NCBI RefSeq assembly: GCF_009914755.1
Contig: NC_060927.1
DNA from: the human T2T-CHM13v2.0 reference genome, Homo sapiens
DNA length: 64,000 nt
Direction: 5' to 3' (one strand)
Below, piece after piece: positions 13,100 through 26,554 of the stretch. Below the pieces are notes generated by a model, which ran no database searches, was not told where the DNA came from, and saw nothing but the letters and a program-made list of their open reading frames with translations. Within the stretch, counting starts at the first letter, position 1; the number at the start of each line of letters is the position of its first letter. A program made the position numbers and the translations under genes.

Positions 13100-13840
13100 A
13101 ATTGTTTTCTGATTATAAAAATAATGCAACTTAATTTGTTATAGAAACTGAAAAACAGAACAACACACACATACAAAGTAAAAATCCTCTATAATAGTAC
13201 TACCCAGAAAGAATCACTGTTAATATTTTGGTATACATCTGGTGAGTGTCAAACACAATTATTTAGAACACTAATATTCTCTTAGTACATACTTTTTAGT
13301 GGTTGCAAATAATTTAAAAATATAAATGGATCAACTTTCTTTAGCAGTTTCTATTTTTGTACATTATCTTGTTTTAGTTTATTTTTTCAGACCTCAAGAA
13401 TACACTTGTTTTAGCTTTTATAAATACTTTCATATAAAAATATGAATGTTTATGGCTTTTAAGCTCTAACTTTTTCTTAGAATACATTCTTAGAAGTGCA
13501 AATGTTGGGTCAAAGAGTACATGAATTTTTATTCTTTGATACATGTTGAGTAACGATGTTATAGAAAATGTGTTAACATTTTGCACACTCACTTGCAATA
13601 TTTAAGAAAGTACATTTTCTAACACCTTCCATAATCCTGGGTATTGTCATTAAAAAGAAAGTGAGAGAGAAAGAGCAACTTGCAGTTAGATAGACAAATA
13701 ATGAAATTATTAGTAAGGATGGGCAGAGTTTTCATAAGTTTATTTGGCAAATGCATTTTTCTTTCAGTTCTTTGCCCCTTTTCTGTTGTATTTAATCTTT
13801 TCTTATTGTTTGATTTTTTTTTTTTTAGCTATTAAGAATA
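13100..13840 (-). mobile_element. Old L1ME-like fragments
   Basis: Degenerate antisense L1 3' motifs (ttagaagtgcaaatgttgggtcaaag, tctttgccccttttctgtt). Confidence 0.55.
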
Positions 13841-13844
13841 GTAA

Positions 13845-14642
13845 TTCTTGTACACTGTTGGTGGGAATGCAGATTCCCAATAGGCATTATGAAAAACAGT
13901 ATGGAGGTTTCTAGAGAAATGAAAAACAGAACTACTATATGACTTAGCAGTCCCTTTTGTAGGCATGTTCCCAAACAAAATGAAATCACCACCTCATAAA
14001 GATATCCGCCCTACCATGTTGATTGCAACATTATTGGCAATAGCTAAAACATAAAAAAACCTAAGTGTATGTCAATAGACAAATGGATAAAGAAACGATG
14101 GTATGTATATACGATGGAATATTATTCAGCTCTAAAAAGAATGAGATCTTGCCATTTGCCACAATGTGATGAACCTGAAGGATATTATGCTAAATGAAAT
14201 AAGCCAGACTGAGGGATAAATATCACATGATCTCATTCATCTGTGGATCTAAAAAATAAAAATTCAAATATATAGAGACAGAGAACAAAAGAGTGATTAC
14301 TTTGGATGGGGAAGAAATGGGGAGATGTAAGTCAGAGGATACAAAGTAGCAGATATATAGGATGAGCACATCTAGAGATCTAATATGCAACATGACTGTA
14401 GTTAATAAAATTGTACTGTATTTGGAATTTATGCTAAAAGAATAGATTTTAGCTGCCCTTGCCATAAAAGCAAACAAACAAAAATAGGTAACTATGTGCG
14501 ATGATGAATATGTTAATTTGTTTCATTAATTTGCTTCATTAACATATTCATCATCACACATAGTTACCTGTTTTTTTCCTGTGTATCCCATAGCGTCATG
14601 TTATATATCTTAAATATATTAATACAATTTATTTTAAAAAAT
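13845..14642 (+). mobile_element. L1MA-type 3' end (ORF2 end plus 3'UTR)
   Basis: tacactgttggtgggaatg, aatggataaagaaa, atggaatattattcagc, aatttattttaaaaa terminus. Confidence 0.88.
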
Positions 14643-14715
14643 AGTTACTGTCATATATATTACAAATACAGCTTCCAGTTTAACTTTATTTTTGCTTTAT
14701 TTGCCTATATGTAGC

Positions 14716-15066
<351 letters not shown>

Positions 15067-15414
15067 TATCTTTTCTTTAACATGATGCATCCATTTTTTC
15101 TTATTTCTTCTTTGCCATTGAGTTTGAATATTTTCATTCTACCTGAGGCCAGAGTTTTCTCTTGGAAATTCCGGGCCCGAGCCAGTAAATAGGGCAGCAT
15201 TTTTGGCTTGTGAAAGTAGGTGAGTAGAGACACTGCACTGACCTTTCATGGTTCATAACCTGGATCCAAAGGGGTTATGTCTCATCTCCACACTTTGACA
15301 TAGTGTTAAAAAAAATCAGTGCCTCATGGTTTTTCATTAAGCTATTTTAATAGTCCTTAATGTTTTTGCCAAGAATTTCATGCCAAGTCTAAAAAATGTA
15401 GGATAATCATGTGT

Positions 15415-15590
15415 TGGAGAGAACATATACTTTGGAGTCAGATAAACACACCTGAGCTGGAATTTTAGTTATTCTACTTACTAGCTGGTGATCTTGGGTA
15501 ACTTATGGAAATTTGCAGTCACAATTTCTTTCTCTGAGAAAGGGGATTGATAATACTTGACTCATCAGGTAATCATGATGTATTAGCATG
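15415..15590 (+). mobile_element. MIR
   Basis: actttggagtcagat, tctacttactagctggtgatcttgggtaactta core. Confidence 0.7.
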
Positions 15591-16149
15591 CATTTTTCTC
15601 CTTCCTTTCTCTTTTCTTTCTTTCCTTCCTCCTCTCTGCCTTCCCTCTTGCCCTGCCTTTTCTCTGTATTTCTGTTGCATTAGTAAATGAGTGACTAATA
15701 ACTTTAGTCTTAGAAGTTATTCAGTAGATGAAAGTTTCTCACTAATCTTTTAGATAATAATAATATCTCAGGTTTCTATTTGAAATTCTTTTCAGTGCAT
15801 CCAAGATTATATATCTTTGATTTTTCAGAATTAATGTATTACCTTTCTCTTACACTCATTGAAGTAAATAAGTTGGCATTTTATTCCTGTCACCTTGGCT
15901 TATTCATACTCCAAAGATCTTTGTTTATCTGCAAATGTGAGGCTTTTCGAGCATTCACTGTTCATGTAATTTATAAAAGCGTTAAATACAGAACCCATCA
16001 GTATCCTGGAGAGATGCTGCTCAGATATTGTCTTTTGTCCAGGGCAATTATTATTTTTCTGAAACTAAGTAAGCAGAGAGTATTAGAGACTCTTTCTGGG
16101 GTATCTTCTCAACTCACAAATGATTTTTAAACTGCCTTTTTGCCCTACA

Positions 16150-16580
16150 GGGAGGGACCCCCAGCAGCCATATTTGCACTGTGTGATTCCTTCCCTTCTG
16201 GCCATTGCCGATTGGACCAGAATAGGTTGATCAGATGGTATCTTCTGGAGTGAAAGAACTGGAACTAAGGATTTTTAACTTTCTTTAGTTTGGCCTTTCA
16301 AATGGAGGCAAAGTAAACCTAGGGTTGGGAAGTGGCCATCGTGCATATTTATGTAGCCTGAGAAACAGCAGGATGGGAATGCTAGGAGATGAAACATGCT
16401 AAAATAAGGGGCTCAGCCTTCTGGAGGCTTCTGAGGCCTTGATTCTTGTCTCTTTTGGAGGCCAGATTACATTTCTGCGTTTGGAGTTCATGAGCTATAT
16501 CTTCATCATTGTGATACATTCTCATTTTTCTTAATGTAGCCTTAATTAGCTTCCCTCACATACAGTTGAAGCGAACTTTA
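16150..16580 (+). mobile_element. ERVL LTR fragment (LTR40/41-like)
   Basis: Degenerate similarity only (gattggaccag, gaactggaactaag, terminal region). Confidence 0.4.
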
Positions 16581-17378
16581 CCTTTTTTCTTTTAGCTCAA
16601 ATATGTAATATTTGGTAAGTCTTTATCTGTCTCCTATTAGCTCTCCATATTTTACTTCTAGAAAATACTCCTAAATGGAATTTCTCTTTCTCCCATTTGC
16701 CACAAACCACTCTTTCCATTTACAATGATTCTATAAAACAAAACAGAACCATTTGTACACAAGATAGAACATGTCCAATTTGGATTTGACTCCCAAGAAC
16801 ATTAATCTTAATATTAATCTTTTGATTAATGTCTAAAATTAATCTTTTGACATTCTATTGGTATATAGTTGAACCAAACTATTTTCATATCTGCTTTTAA
16901 AAAAGGGCATAGGAAGGAAGGCAAAATCTTGGAGATTGCTTATATTTGGTTCTCCTTGTATGGCTTCCTGTTCATGTTTTCTAAGCCCATTTTGCACACT
17001 TGTGCTTTTCATAACCATAGGAACTATACTTAGATTTACATTGTCTGATGCTTGCCAAGTCCAGGTTCAGTTCTTTGAGAATTGTTAGTCCTATTTTGAA
17101 GCATCCTATAACTTTGCTGCTCTGATCATAGCTTTTTAAACTAATGGACTCTTGACTCAAACTGGATATATTTGGATTCTTTCTCCGAGGGATTTAATAT
17201 GATACAATAGGGATGTTTGTTAGTTGGAGTTGGGTGTTAAAGCTGAAAGGTCATATCAAACTGGGGCTCTGTACCTAGGGCAGTTGTGATCCACTAGCAT
17301 CTTGGAGCTAGGCATGCCTGTATTCATAGAAAGAATATTTTAAAAGACTGTACATAGAGAAGCTGAGATGAGCTATGC

Positions 17379-18125
17379 TGTATAATAAAGAATTTGGTCT
17401 CTGTCTCAGGTTCCTGGCACATATCTTCTAAAGCTCTTGGAATTTCCCAAGTGATAGAGTTGTTGAGTCCTTTGGTTCACACCTGAGTTTATGCTAATTA
17501 GATGACTCAAGATCAGTTCTCCAATCACTTTAGATGGGGGCTGGATACCAGAAAGACCAATAACATGATTAAAAGGTGACTCCTTTGAGGCAGTCTGACC
17601 TCTGGGGAGGGGAGAAAGACTGGAGATTGAGTTGAATCACATGGCCAATAATTTAATCAATCATGCCTACATAATGAAACCCCAATTAAAACTCTGGACA
17701 CCAAGTCTCAGGAGAGGTTCCTGACAAATGAACACATCAATGTGATGGGAGGTTGACCTGTTCTGTCTATGGGAAGAGAACATGCATGCTCTGTGTTGGG
17801 GACCCTCCCAGGCCTTGCCCTGTGTGTCTCTTCATTTGGCTGGTCCTGATCTGTATCCTTTATAATAATAAAACTTTAATCATAAGTAGAGCACTTTCCT
17901 AAGATCTGTGACTTGGTCTAGAAAATTATCAAACCTGAGGCATTTGTGAGAACCCCCAAATCTGTAGTCAGTCAAAGTGCAGGCAGCCTGGGGAACCCTG
18001 ATGTTCAGCTGGAGTCTCAAGTGAGAGTAGTCTTGTGGAAGACTGAGCCCTTAACTTGTGGGGTCTTTGCTAACTCCAGGTAGTTAGTGCCAGAATAAAA
18101 ACTGCAGCATACCAGTTGGTGCCGT
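17379..18125 (+). mobile_element. MER21/MER77-group LTR
   Basis: aataaagaatttggtct, cacacctgagtttatgctaat, aatcaatcatgcctacataatgaaacccc, gctaactccaggtagttagtg. Confidence 0.75.
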
Positions 18126-18934
18126 AGAAACTATAATATAGGTCTAGAGAATCAGAAAGAGAAATTTCAAGTTCTAATGTTCCGACTTCAGTGTAGAAAT
18201 TAACTTCTACAATAAAACTCTCCAAATAAAGATTTTTTGAGGAAAACATTATTTTCCTACTCTACTGTCTTATAAAGCTTCAATCATGGCAGAGTTTACA
18301 GGTCTCTAATTTTTCTCCAATTCATATTTCGACCTTAAAGTCTTAGTGGTTCTTTGTCTAAGCCCAAATTAATCACACTGTTAGAACATGAGGGCAGGAA
18401 TGGACCCACAAGATCATTTGGCTAATTCCTTATGTTTTCACAAATGAGGAATCTAAGAAATAGAGAAGTGAAACATCTGGCATAGGATCATATTAATAAT
18501 TACTGGTAAAATCTGGATTCAAATTATCTTTCTTATTTTCTAATTCAACAAATGTAATTTCACTTTTCAGCAACATCTATTGACTAAAGCTTTATTTTTT
18601 TCAGTGTTATAAATGAAAGCGAACTTTGCTGTCATGAATTTTTTATAGAAAAGGATATGGCTGTGAGTTGACACTGAATCTCACCAGGGAAGCTCCTTCC
18701 CATGTGAGGCTGCCTCACCAGTGTCTGCCTTTGGGGCCTGGTGTTTGGGTAATAACTGCTTTTAATAAATGAATTCTTAATATAAATTGAACTCACTTCT
18801 TTTCCATGACTTTGCTTTTTTGGTTGACTTTATTTCTTGGTGAATCTTTGCAAACATTCATTTTCTGTGAGTCAAAATATCTATTTTGCTATTTTTTCTC
18901 TGCTGTCTATGGATATCCTGAAAAAGGAGAGATT

Positions 18935-20200
18935 TTATTTTATTTTTTGGTATAAGGCACTGAGGTATACTTTACACGGTAAAATTCACTCTTTTAGGTG
19001 TATGGTTCATTGAGTTTTGACACACATATACAGTTTTGTAATGCCACATCAATCAAGTTATAGAATAGTTCCATTACCCACAAACGTTCCCTTGTGTCCT
19101 TTGTAGTGTATACTACCTTCCTACCCCAATTTTTAGATAAACAAAAATAGACTTTATTCCAAAATTACCAAAGGAATGTCGGAGGACATAATTCAGAAAT
19201 CAAGAAATATCTAGGATGTTCATTATTATTTCTATTTTTAATTTCTTTCATAACTTTAAACACATTTAGTTTATAAACTCAAATAGTTGTATCATGCCTA
19301 ATCTTTAGGTTGTGAAGTTTTCCCTTTTTTTGGTATGCTGTCTCCTCCTCATGGTGATGCATTTCCCTGTGTAATTTGCAATTTTCTATTGTGAGTTCAT
19401 CTTTTCCCTGTTGTTTCTATTGTGTTGCCAGTGTCTGAGTCACCAGTGATCTGAAAGCACCCCTTGAAAGTGGTATTATTTACTTCTGTCAGTACTGTAG
19501 ATGTTTCATCAGTTCCATAGATGTTTCATCAGTTCCAGACCAGTTTTCTTATGCTAGTTTCTTGGCTTAAAATTTCTGCCCCATGAAGGAAGTGTAACTT
19601 TGATTCTACATCCACATGTAGGGCAAACATGGGTTGCTAAATTGCTTTAAGACAACTTTCTATTTTCCCATCCTGAAGGCAAGTTTCCTTGACACTTTGC
19701 CTCCATGGGGACAGAATCTTTCTAGTTTCTTTAGTTTCATGAATTGGCTGCTTGGACCTAGTTTCTGGCTCTCTGCAAGAGTCCTGGTTCTAACATCACT
19801 CTCTCCACCCTGAGCCTGATTGAGCCAAGATACTAACATTCAAGCTGTCATCCTCTAGATCCTACATTTGGGTCCAATATCACTCTGCACTGTCAGAGCA
19901 TCAGATAAAGCTAATACTTTTAAGCCATGTCTAGAACCTTTGTCTTAATAGTTGATAATGGGAAGTTGTCCCATATTGGCTCATTCTAACATGTATTTAG
20001 ATGTGTCCTTGATAGTTTTTCTTCAGGGAATCTTATTTTCTAAGTAGTTTTTGCCAATTTTTTAAACATTTTACTCCTTCTTTCATATATATTTGATTGC
20101 CAATATAAAATAATCTGCTGTTTTTACCTGTTTTTAACTTGTCTCTGTGGATTGACATACAATTCTGGCTGGTTAGTTATCAGTTACAGACAGTTTTAAT
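18935..20200 (-). mobile_element. Old L1M fragments
   Basis: tgaggtatactttaca...aaaattcactcttttaggtgta and other degenerate antisense L1 blocks. Confidence 0.5.
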
Positions 20201-21424
20201 TTCTTCACATTTTCATGTAGATTAAAAGGGGTTAGGCCTAATATTGGGCTCCTTCATTTTCTCTTGCATTTTATAAATTGCAGAATATCTATTTGCCAGA
20301 GATTCTCTTTTGATCTTTGCTTTTATTTGTTGCTTTCCCTCCTGCCTGCCTATGCAGGCAGTGAAATGTATTAATTTTAGATTAATATTACTGCAGTGAA
20401 ATGTATTCCTCAAAGATTACTGCTGAAGTTAATTTGTGTACAGTCATTACTTAATCTTCAGCATGGTCTATGTGCTCTCTGATTTAGTGCAGTCCACATT
20501 CTATTGTTGCATCTTACATGATGCCTGCAAATACTTTTATGCTTTCATTATATTAGAGATTGCAGACTTTTAAAAAATTTACCTCTAGTGTTCCCATAAG
20601 ATGGTCACACTGTAGAACGGAATTCACTTTTTTGTTTAATTTTAGCTGTCAGTGGAGAACCAGGCAATTGACACACTACTGAAAAGAAAAGAGAATTAGA
20701 ACAACCTGCCTGGAGTTAAAGTCCCTTAGTTAATGGATAAGTCACCAACACACAGTTCTTTAATAGGCAGAAATTTCAAGTCACACTGCAGACCATTTAT
20801 ATTTCTATCCTGTGTTGTATCCATATTTCATGTAAAATATGAAGCTAAGTTGGCAGAGATTCGTGTATCCACACTGAAGGTCCATGTTTGGCAAAAGACT
20901 ATACCGATGGCATGCATGCTTTAATTGATGCCATGAAATAGCCCTTTACAATTGGTACTGTTATTCTAGGGCTGCTTTTTCTCTTTATACAAGGTGGGAC
21001 CATGCTTTCCAAATAAAACTCAGCATTCACTGACTTATAGAATTGTAGTTTTGAGAACCACGCTCAAACATTGTCAAAAAATTCTAGGGCATGTACCTTT
21101 TAAAATGATCTGTTGTGTTCTTTTCACTTTCCATTCTCTTTTGGTGCATGCTGCTGCTACTGTTTGCTGTTAAGTGGTTGCTGGTTTCACTTCAGATGGG
21201 TGCAGGTTTGAGTTAACGAAGGTAAAAGCTAGGTCATTTGAGAAAAATATGACTTTTCTGAAAGCTAAATCATAGAGAAACTGCCAGATATAAAAACAGA
21301 TAAACTATACATTTAAAAACTCATTTTAATAAAAACATATTATGATAAAAAGATAATTCCAGTCTGTTTGATTCTAGAGTCTATTCTCTTAATTATATTG
21401 TTAAGCAACAAAATGGGGAAGGAA

Positions 21425-21560
21425 GCAAACTTAAGTTGAACTTTCTGAGCCTGAGTTTCATTTTCTATGAAATAAGGATAGTAATATCTCATTGAATTGC
21501 TGTGGGGACTAAATTAGATAATGTATGTAAAATGCAAAAGACAATCTATAAATGTTTACT
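21425..21560 (+). mobile_element. MIR
   Basis: ctttctgagcctgagtttcattttctatgaaataaggatagtaata core. Confidence 0.75.
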
Positions 21561-22345
21561 TCTCTCCTGCCGTCCATCTAGCTCAAACTTGCACTAGAGG
21601 TGATTAGGTATTTAGAGTTCAAATAACTGAGTTGTGATGTCAGCAAAATCAAAATTAAGCAGACTGAATTTCCAGATGTGTCCAAATGTCAATGAAACCA
21701 ATATTTAAGCAGAGATCTACTGGACTGCGCTGTAACTCCATAAGCCTTGAATAATTGAGGATTGACTGTAAACTGAGGATCTGTGTTCTGCATTATGACC
21801 TTGCATTAACAGAGACTAAACAATTGAAGGTTTGGAGGTAAGTGAAATAGCCTGGTGCCTGTAATATTTCAGGAGGAAATGCAACAATATAACAAGCAAC
21901 ACAAGTACTGGTATTAATTGAGAAAGGTCTCATTTATCTCTCTGGAAAATTTCTCCCTTCAAATGCCACTTATCACGAGAGTGTGGATTCTCTGATGTAT
22001 TTTAGTGATCACTCAGTTATCTTCAGTACTTGCTCTCCACCCTGGTCTTATAATACAGACTTTTCTGCGTTTTCAGTTGTTCCAGGCTCTAGTCACATCT
22101 CAGTTATGTGCAATAATAGTCATTGTGGAGTTGCTGCAAATCAAAATTTCCCAGGTAATACCAAGTCTCATTTAACTTCCAGAGCCATCCATCACCAAAC
22201 ATTTTATTGGAGAACCAAAAAGGGTGGAGTAGGGGAGCTGAGTGAATTTCTGAGTCTGCTGGAGTTGATAACTGTAAGTGTCATGGCCCCAGTATTACTA
22301 GCCATAGATAGAGATAATTTAAAAAATCATCCCTGTAACCCTAGG

Positions 22346-22894
22346 TACTGATTATCTATTGCTACATAGCAAGCCGCCTTGAAACACATGGCTTAAAATA
22401 ACAATTTATTTTTATATCTCACAGTTCTGTGGCTTAACTGGTCTCAGCTTGGCATCTCTCTTGTAGTTGAAGTCAAATAGAGGCTAGGGCTACATTCGTC
22501 TAAAGGTTCAGTTGAGTTGGAATGTGGCATGGCTGGCAGTTGATGATGACTGTTTCCTAGGAGTTCTGCTGGAGCTACATGCCTGAACACCAACCAATAA
22601 CCTTTTCATGTGGCTGAGACCTTTCATATGGCCACAGTCCTCAGAGACAGCATCCCAAGAGTGATCCTTTTAAGAGGCTCAGGTAGAAATTGCAAGGTGT
22701 TTTTACAGTCTTTTCAGAGGTTGGAGTGTCACTTCTGTCATATTCTGCTGGTTCAACAAGCCAGTAAAGCCAAGCCCAGAGTAAGGTAATAAGACTCCAC
22801 TTCTTGATGAGGAAATGTCAAAGTCATATTGCGGAACAGCGTATTAGATAGGAGATACTATGGTGATCATCTTTGGAAGGTGCAATCTGCCACA
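22346..22894 (-). mobile_element. MLT1G/H-like MaLR LTR
   Basis: tatctattgctacatagcaa...ggcttaaaataacaa ... gtgcaatctgccaca. Confidence 0.75.
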
Positions 22895-23308
22895 TCCAGT
22901 TCTTCTGTTCCAGATGCCAACAGAGCTCACCTGTATCCAGAACACTCCTGGGCTCTGGCTGGTTTAAATACTTTCTGCATTTACTGGTCAACTCAGAATA
23001 ATTTATAATTAGTAAGATGTATAGAAGAAATCAGAAAGTATCAATTTTCATAACATATCATGATTCTTTCACAAATCAGACATTCTTGCATTCTTATTCT
23101 TGGTGCCAGTGTTTTGCTCCATATGACATTCACAATTCTGTATTCATGTGTACTTTGGCCACTGAAATCCTGTTGTCCTCTTTACCTCTGCGTTGACCTT
23201 TTTGTGTTTCAGATGCTTGACTTGCTCTTGATCCCTGGTACCCAAGACTTTCATCACCTCTGCTTTCAAAGTTTGGCCTCCAGGCCTTTGAACTACCTCT
23301 AATAACTG

Positions 23309-23598
23309 TTTTTTTTTTTTTTTGAGAGGAGTCTCGCTCTGTCTCCCAGGCTGGAGTGCAGTGGTGCAATCTTGGCTCACTGCAAACTCTGCTCCCGGGT
23401 TCACGTCATTCTCCCACCTCAGCCTCCTGAGTAGCTGGGACTACGGGTGCCCGCCACCACGCCTGGCTAATTTTTTGTATTTTTAGTAGAGACGGAGTTT
23501 CACCATTCACAGGATGGTCTCGATCTCCTGACCTCATGATGTGCCCGCCTCGGCCTCCCAAAGTGCTGGGATTACAGGCATGAGCCACCGCGCCCGGC
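23309..23598 (-). mobile_element. AluY-lineage element with variant left arm
   Basis: Y-like body; TSD aataactgtt at 23301-23310 and 23599-23608. Confidence 0.92.
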
Positions 23599-24859
23599 AA
23601 TAACTGTTAGCTTAGCTTCCGTAGCTGCTGCCTTTACCACTTGACGTACAGATAATTGATGCGAATGCAGAGGAAACCTGAATGTTTGGCTTTCCTATCT
23701 TGACCCCACTTCTACCCAGTCCTTTTTAGGTTTTAATTTTATTAACTTGCTCCCATTGGTGTCTCCTTCCCATCAGGATGGAGGTATATTTATGCCTAAA
23801 ATCTGAATTTTTCCCCTTCACGGTGAAAAACAAAGATTCCCTGCCACATGCCTTTCGTATAAGAGCCCTAAGACTTAGTGTTTTCAGTCTTCAACATCTC
23901 CTATATTATTAGGCTATTATTCTCTCTGAAGGCTATTTCTGTACTTTAATTCAGGAGGTATATTTGCTCTAGTCTCAGTCATTTAGTATGTTTTTGCAGG
24001 GATTCAGCAAAAGCCTCTTCTATTCATTTAACATATTGAAGGAAATACTTTTAAAAAGGAAGATAGGGGAAAACCCAAGAGTTTGAATAAGTGTTTTAAT
24101 GGACTGAAAATAACTGATACAAATGGAACATAATTGGATTAAATGATAAGAATCCCTAACCTGTATCGATCACTCATGGGTCTCTAATTTTGGCAAGCGA
24201 TGATAGTTAAAATGCATTGGTAATTGGTAATAGGAGACTAGATTATTTTTCCTAGGAACTGAAAATCGTGTAGAATATATCTTTTCCAATTTTGGAAAAT
24301 TGGAAACATTTCAAGTTGTGGGTAACAGTTTTCTTGACGTTATTTCAACTCCTAAATTCAATCTGAAAGTTTTTTATTAATCATTTATCATGTCTTAGGC
24401 CACTGTAGGTGTGTGTGACTATGTGGGTAAGGGACATCGTTAATAGATCGACAATCCTTGCCCTCAATGATTTTCAGCTCAATAGAAGAGATAACACACT
24501 CACCCAAATAGCCAGCATACAATCCCTGTGTGATGTTTGTTATTGAGAAGTGTATTTTTTGTTATGTGCTCTTGGATTTGTGCCTTGAGAAATAGGCTTT
24601 AATGTGCCAGGGGGTACTGGGGAGTTAAAAGGGCATTCTAAGTGGAAAATCCAGCTGGGATAAAAGTAACAGAGGCAGGCCCTCACAGCTTTTTTAGGGA
24701 AATAATGATTAGATGAGTTTTAACAGCACATGTGATATATAGTGGGGGAAGTAATGGGCTGTAAGATTACAGAGATAAGTTTGAGCCATTTGGTGATGAC
24801 TTTGAATGGCTTAAATGAGAGCATCTGTATTATTCAGTAGGCCATAAGGGTACATTTCC

Positions 24860-26400
24860 CTACTAATTTATAGGGCATCTTTGCAATATACCATATGATA
24901 CATAGATATATCTGTTTCTGAGTTTTCTATTTCATTGGTACATTTTTTCCATTTGTGCATCAACATCACACTGTTTTAATTACTAAAGATTAGTAATGTC
25001 TTTATATGAACTTGTTTTTTCATATATGAGACATTATCTTATTTCTTGAATATGGGATAAAATGTACCTATAAAATTGTGGGAGGTTAGGGTGTTCTTTT
25101 GGTAGATATTGAAAAAAATTAATCAGTTTTTCTAGGTTTATTTGGGAATTCCATTTTTATTGAGCCAATTTTTGTGTTTTTATGCTTTTCCAGAAAATTA
25201 TTCATTTTATCTAACTTTAAAAATTATTGGCATATTCTTATTCATATTCTTATCAATTATGGAATTGCTTGATTAGGGAAGTCACATCTTCAGTTTTACT
25301 AGATAGTGACTTTTCAAGTCTTTGTACTAATCTGAGTAGTTATCTTCAAGAATATTATTTCCCCATCATATCTTTGATTCTATTTATATGGCACTATTTT
25401 TGCTATTGTTTGAGCCTCTCTATCTGTCTTTGTCTCTGTCTCTGTTTCTCTCTCTCTATCCATATAGACACAGATATCTTAAAATCCCTTTATTTCTGTG
25501 CTACATTCTGAGTGAATTCCTTAGACTGCCTTCCAATTTATTAATTATTTTTCTCTTTGGGCTGGACTAGCACTTTATTTTGTCTATCTTTTTAAAAACT
25601 TTAATGTTTATAAGTTTAATTTTACTAATATGTATTTATCATTATCTGTTCTTTATTACTGACTGCTTTGGATTTAGACCTCTTATTTATTTTATGAGTG
25701 TTATTTCTTTATCTTCTTGAGGGTATTAACTTTTTTGGCATAAATCCATAATCTGATTCATAGACTGTCTTAACTGTAATTTCATTTATGTGTCTTGGTT
25801 TTAAGGGTTTTCTGGCTCATCGTATATTGAAGATTGTCTCTTTCTCTGTATAATTTATCCCCGTTTAGCAGTTTTGAGGTTGCACCCACCTGCCTCCTGC
25901 CTGACCACCTGGCCTTTGATCCAGGACCATGTCTCATACTGGTGCTTTCTTGCTCTTGTCCCTCAGTGATAATTGGGCTATTGCAGAATCAGTCACAGAG
26001 TCAGGGGATGGCTTGGCTCAGTATCTTGTCGCAAGGTGCTGTGTGTGTCCATCTGCCTCATTAGGCATGAGGTTTGTGTAAGTAGCAGCTACAGGCAATG
26101 GTTGGCAGCATATATTCTTCCTCCTCTTAGGAGCAGAGGAGTCCAACTCCAGCCTCTTCCCAACACAGCCAAATTCCCAGAATCCTCTGCCTACTTATGT
26201 ATGCAAAGGACCACAGGCCTTGCTGGGTCCTGCTCATTACTGAATATTTTGGTGCCCTTGCTTCTTGGAGTTGCTTATCTCAATTTTAAATGCAGTCATA
26301 TGTTTTGGTCATCTTTTAAAAATGTTATTTATCATTGTTATATGTTCAAAACACACAAAGTCCTCAAAACGTAAACTCAAGCATAACTAATTTTAAAAAC
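24860..26400 (-). mobile_element. Old L1M fragments
   Basis: T-rich degenerate antisense L1 blocks (catcacactgttttaattact, cattttatctaactttaaaa). Confidence 0.5.
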
Positions 26401-26435
26401 TAAAATCTTTCCAAATAATTTAAGGTTAACTCACA

Positions 26436-26554
26436 TTTATTTATTTATTTTTGTAGAGATGTGGTCTCACTGTGTTGCCCAGGGTGAACTTGAACTCCTG
26501 GGCTCAAGTGATCCTCCCATCTTGGCCTCCCAAAGTGCTGGGGACATGAGCCAC
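26436..26554 (-). mobile_element. FLAM/AluJ left monomer
   Basis: gtagagatgtggtctcactgtgttgcccagg...ctcaagtgatcctcccatcttggcctcccaaagtgctggg; flanked by acatttattt. Confidence 0.85.
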
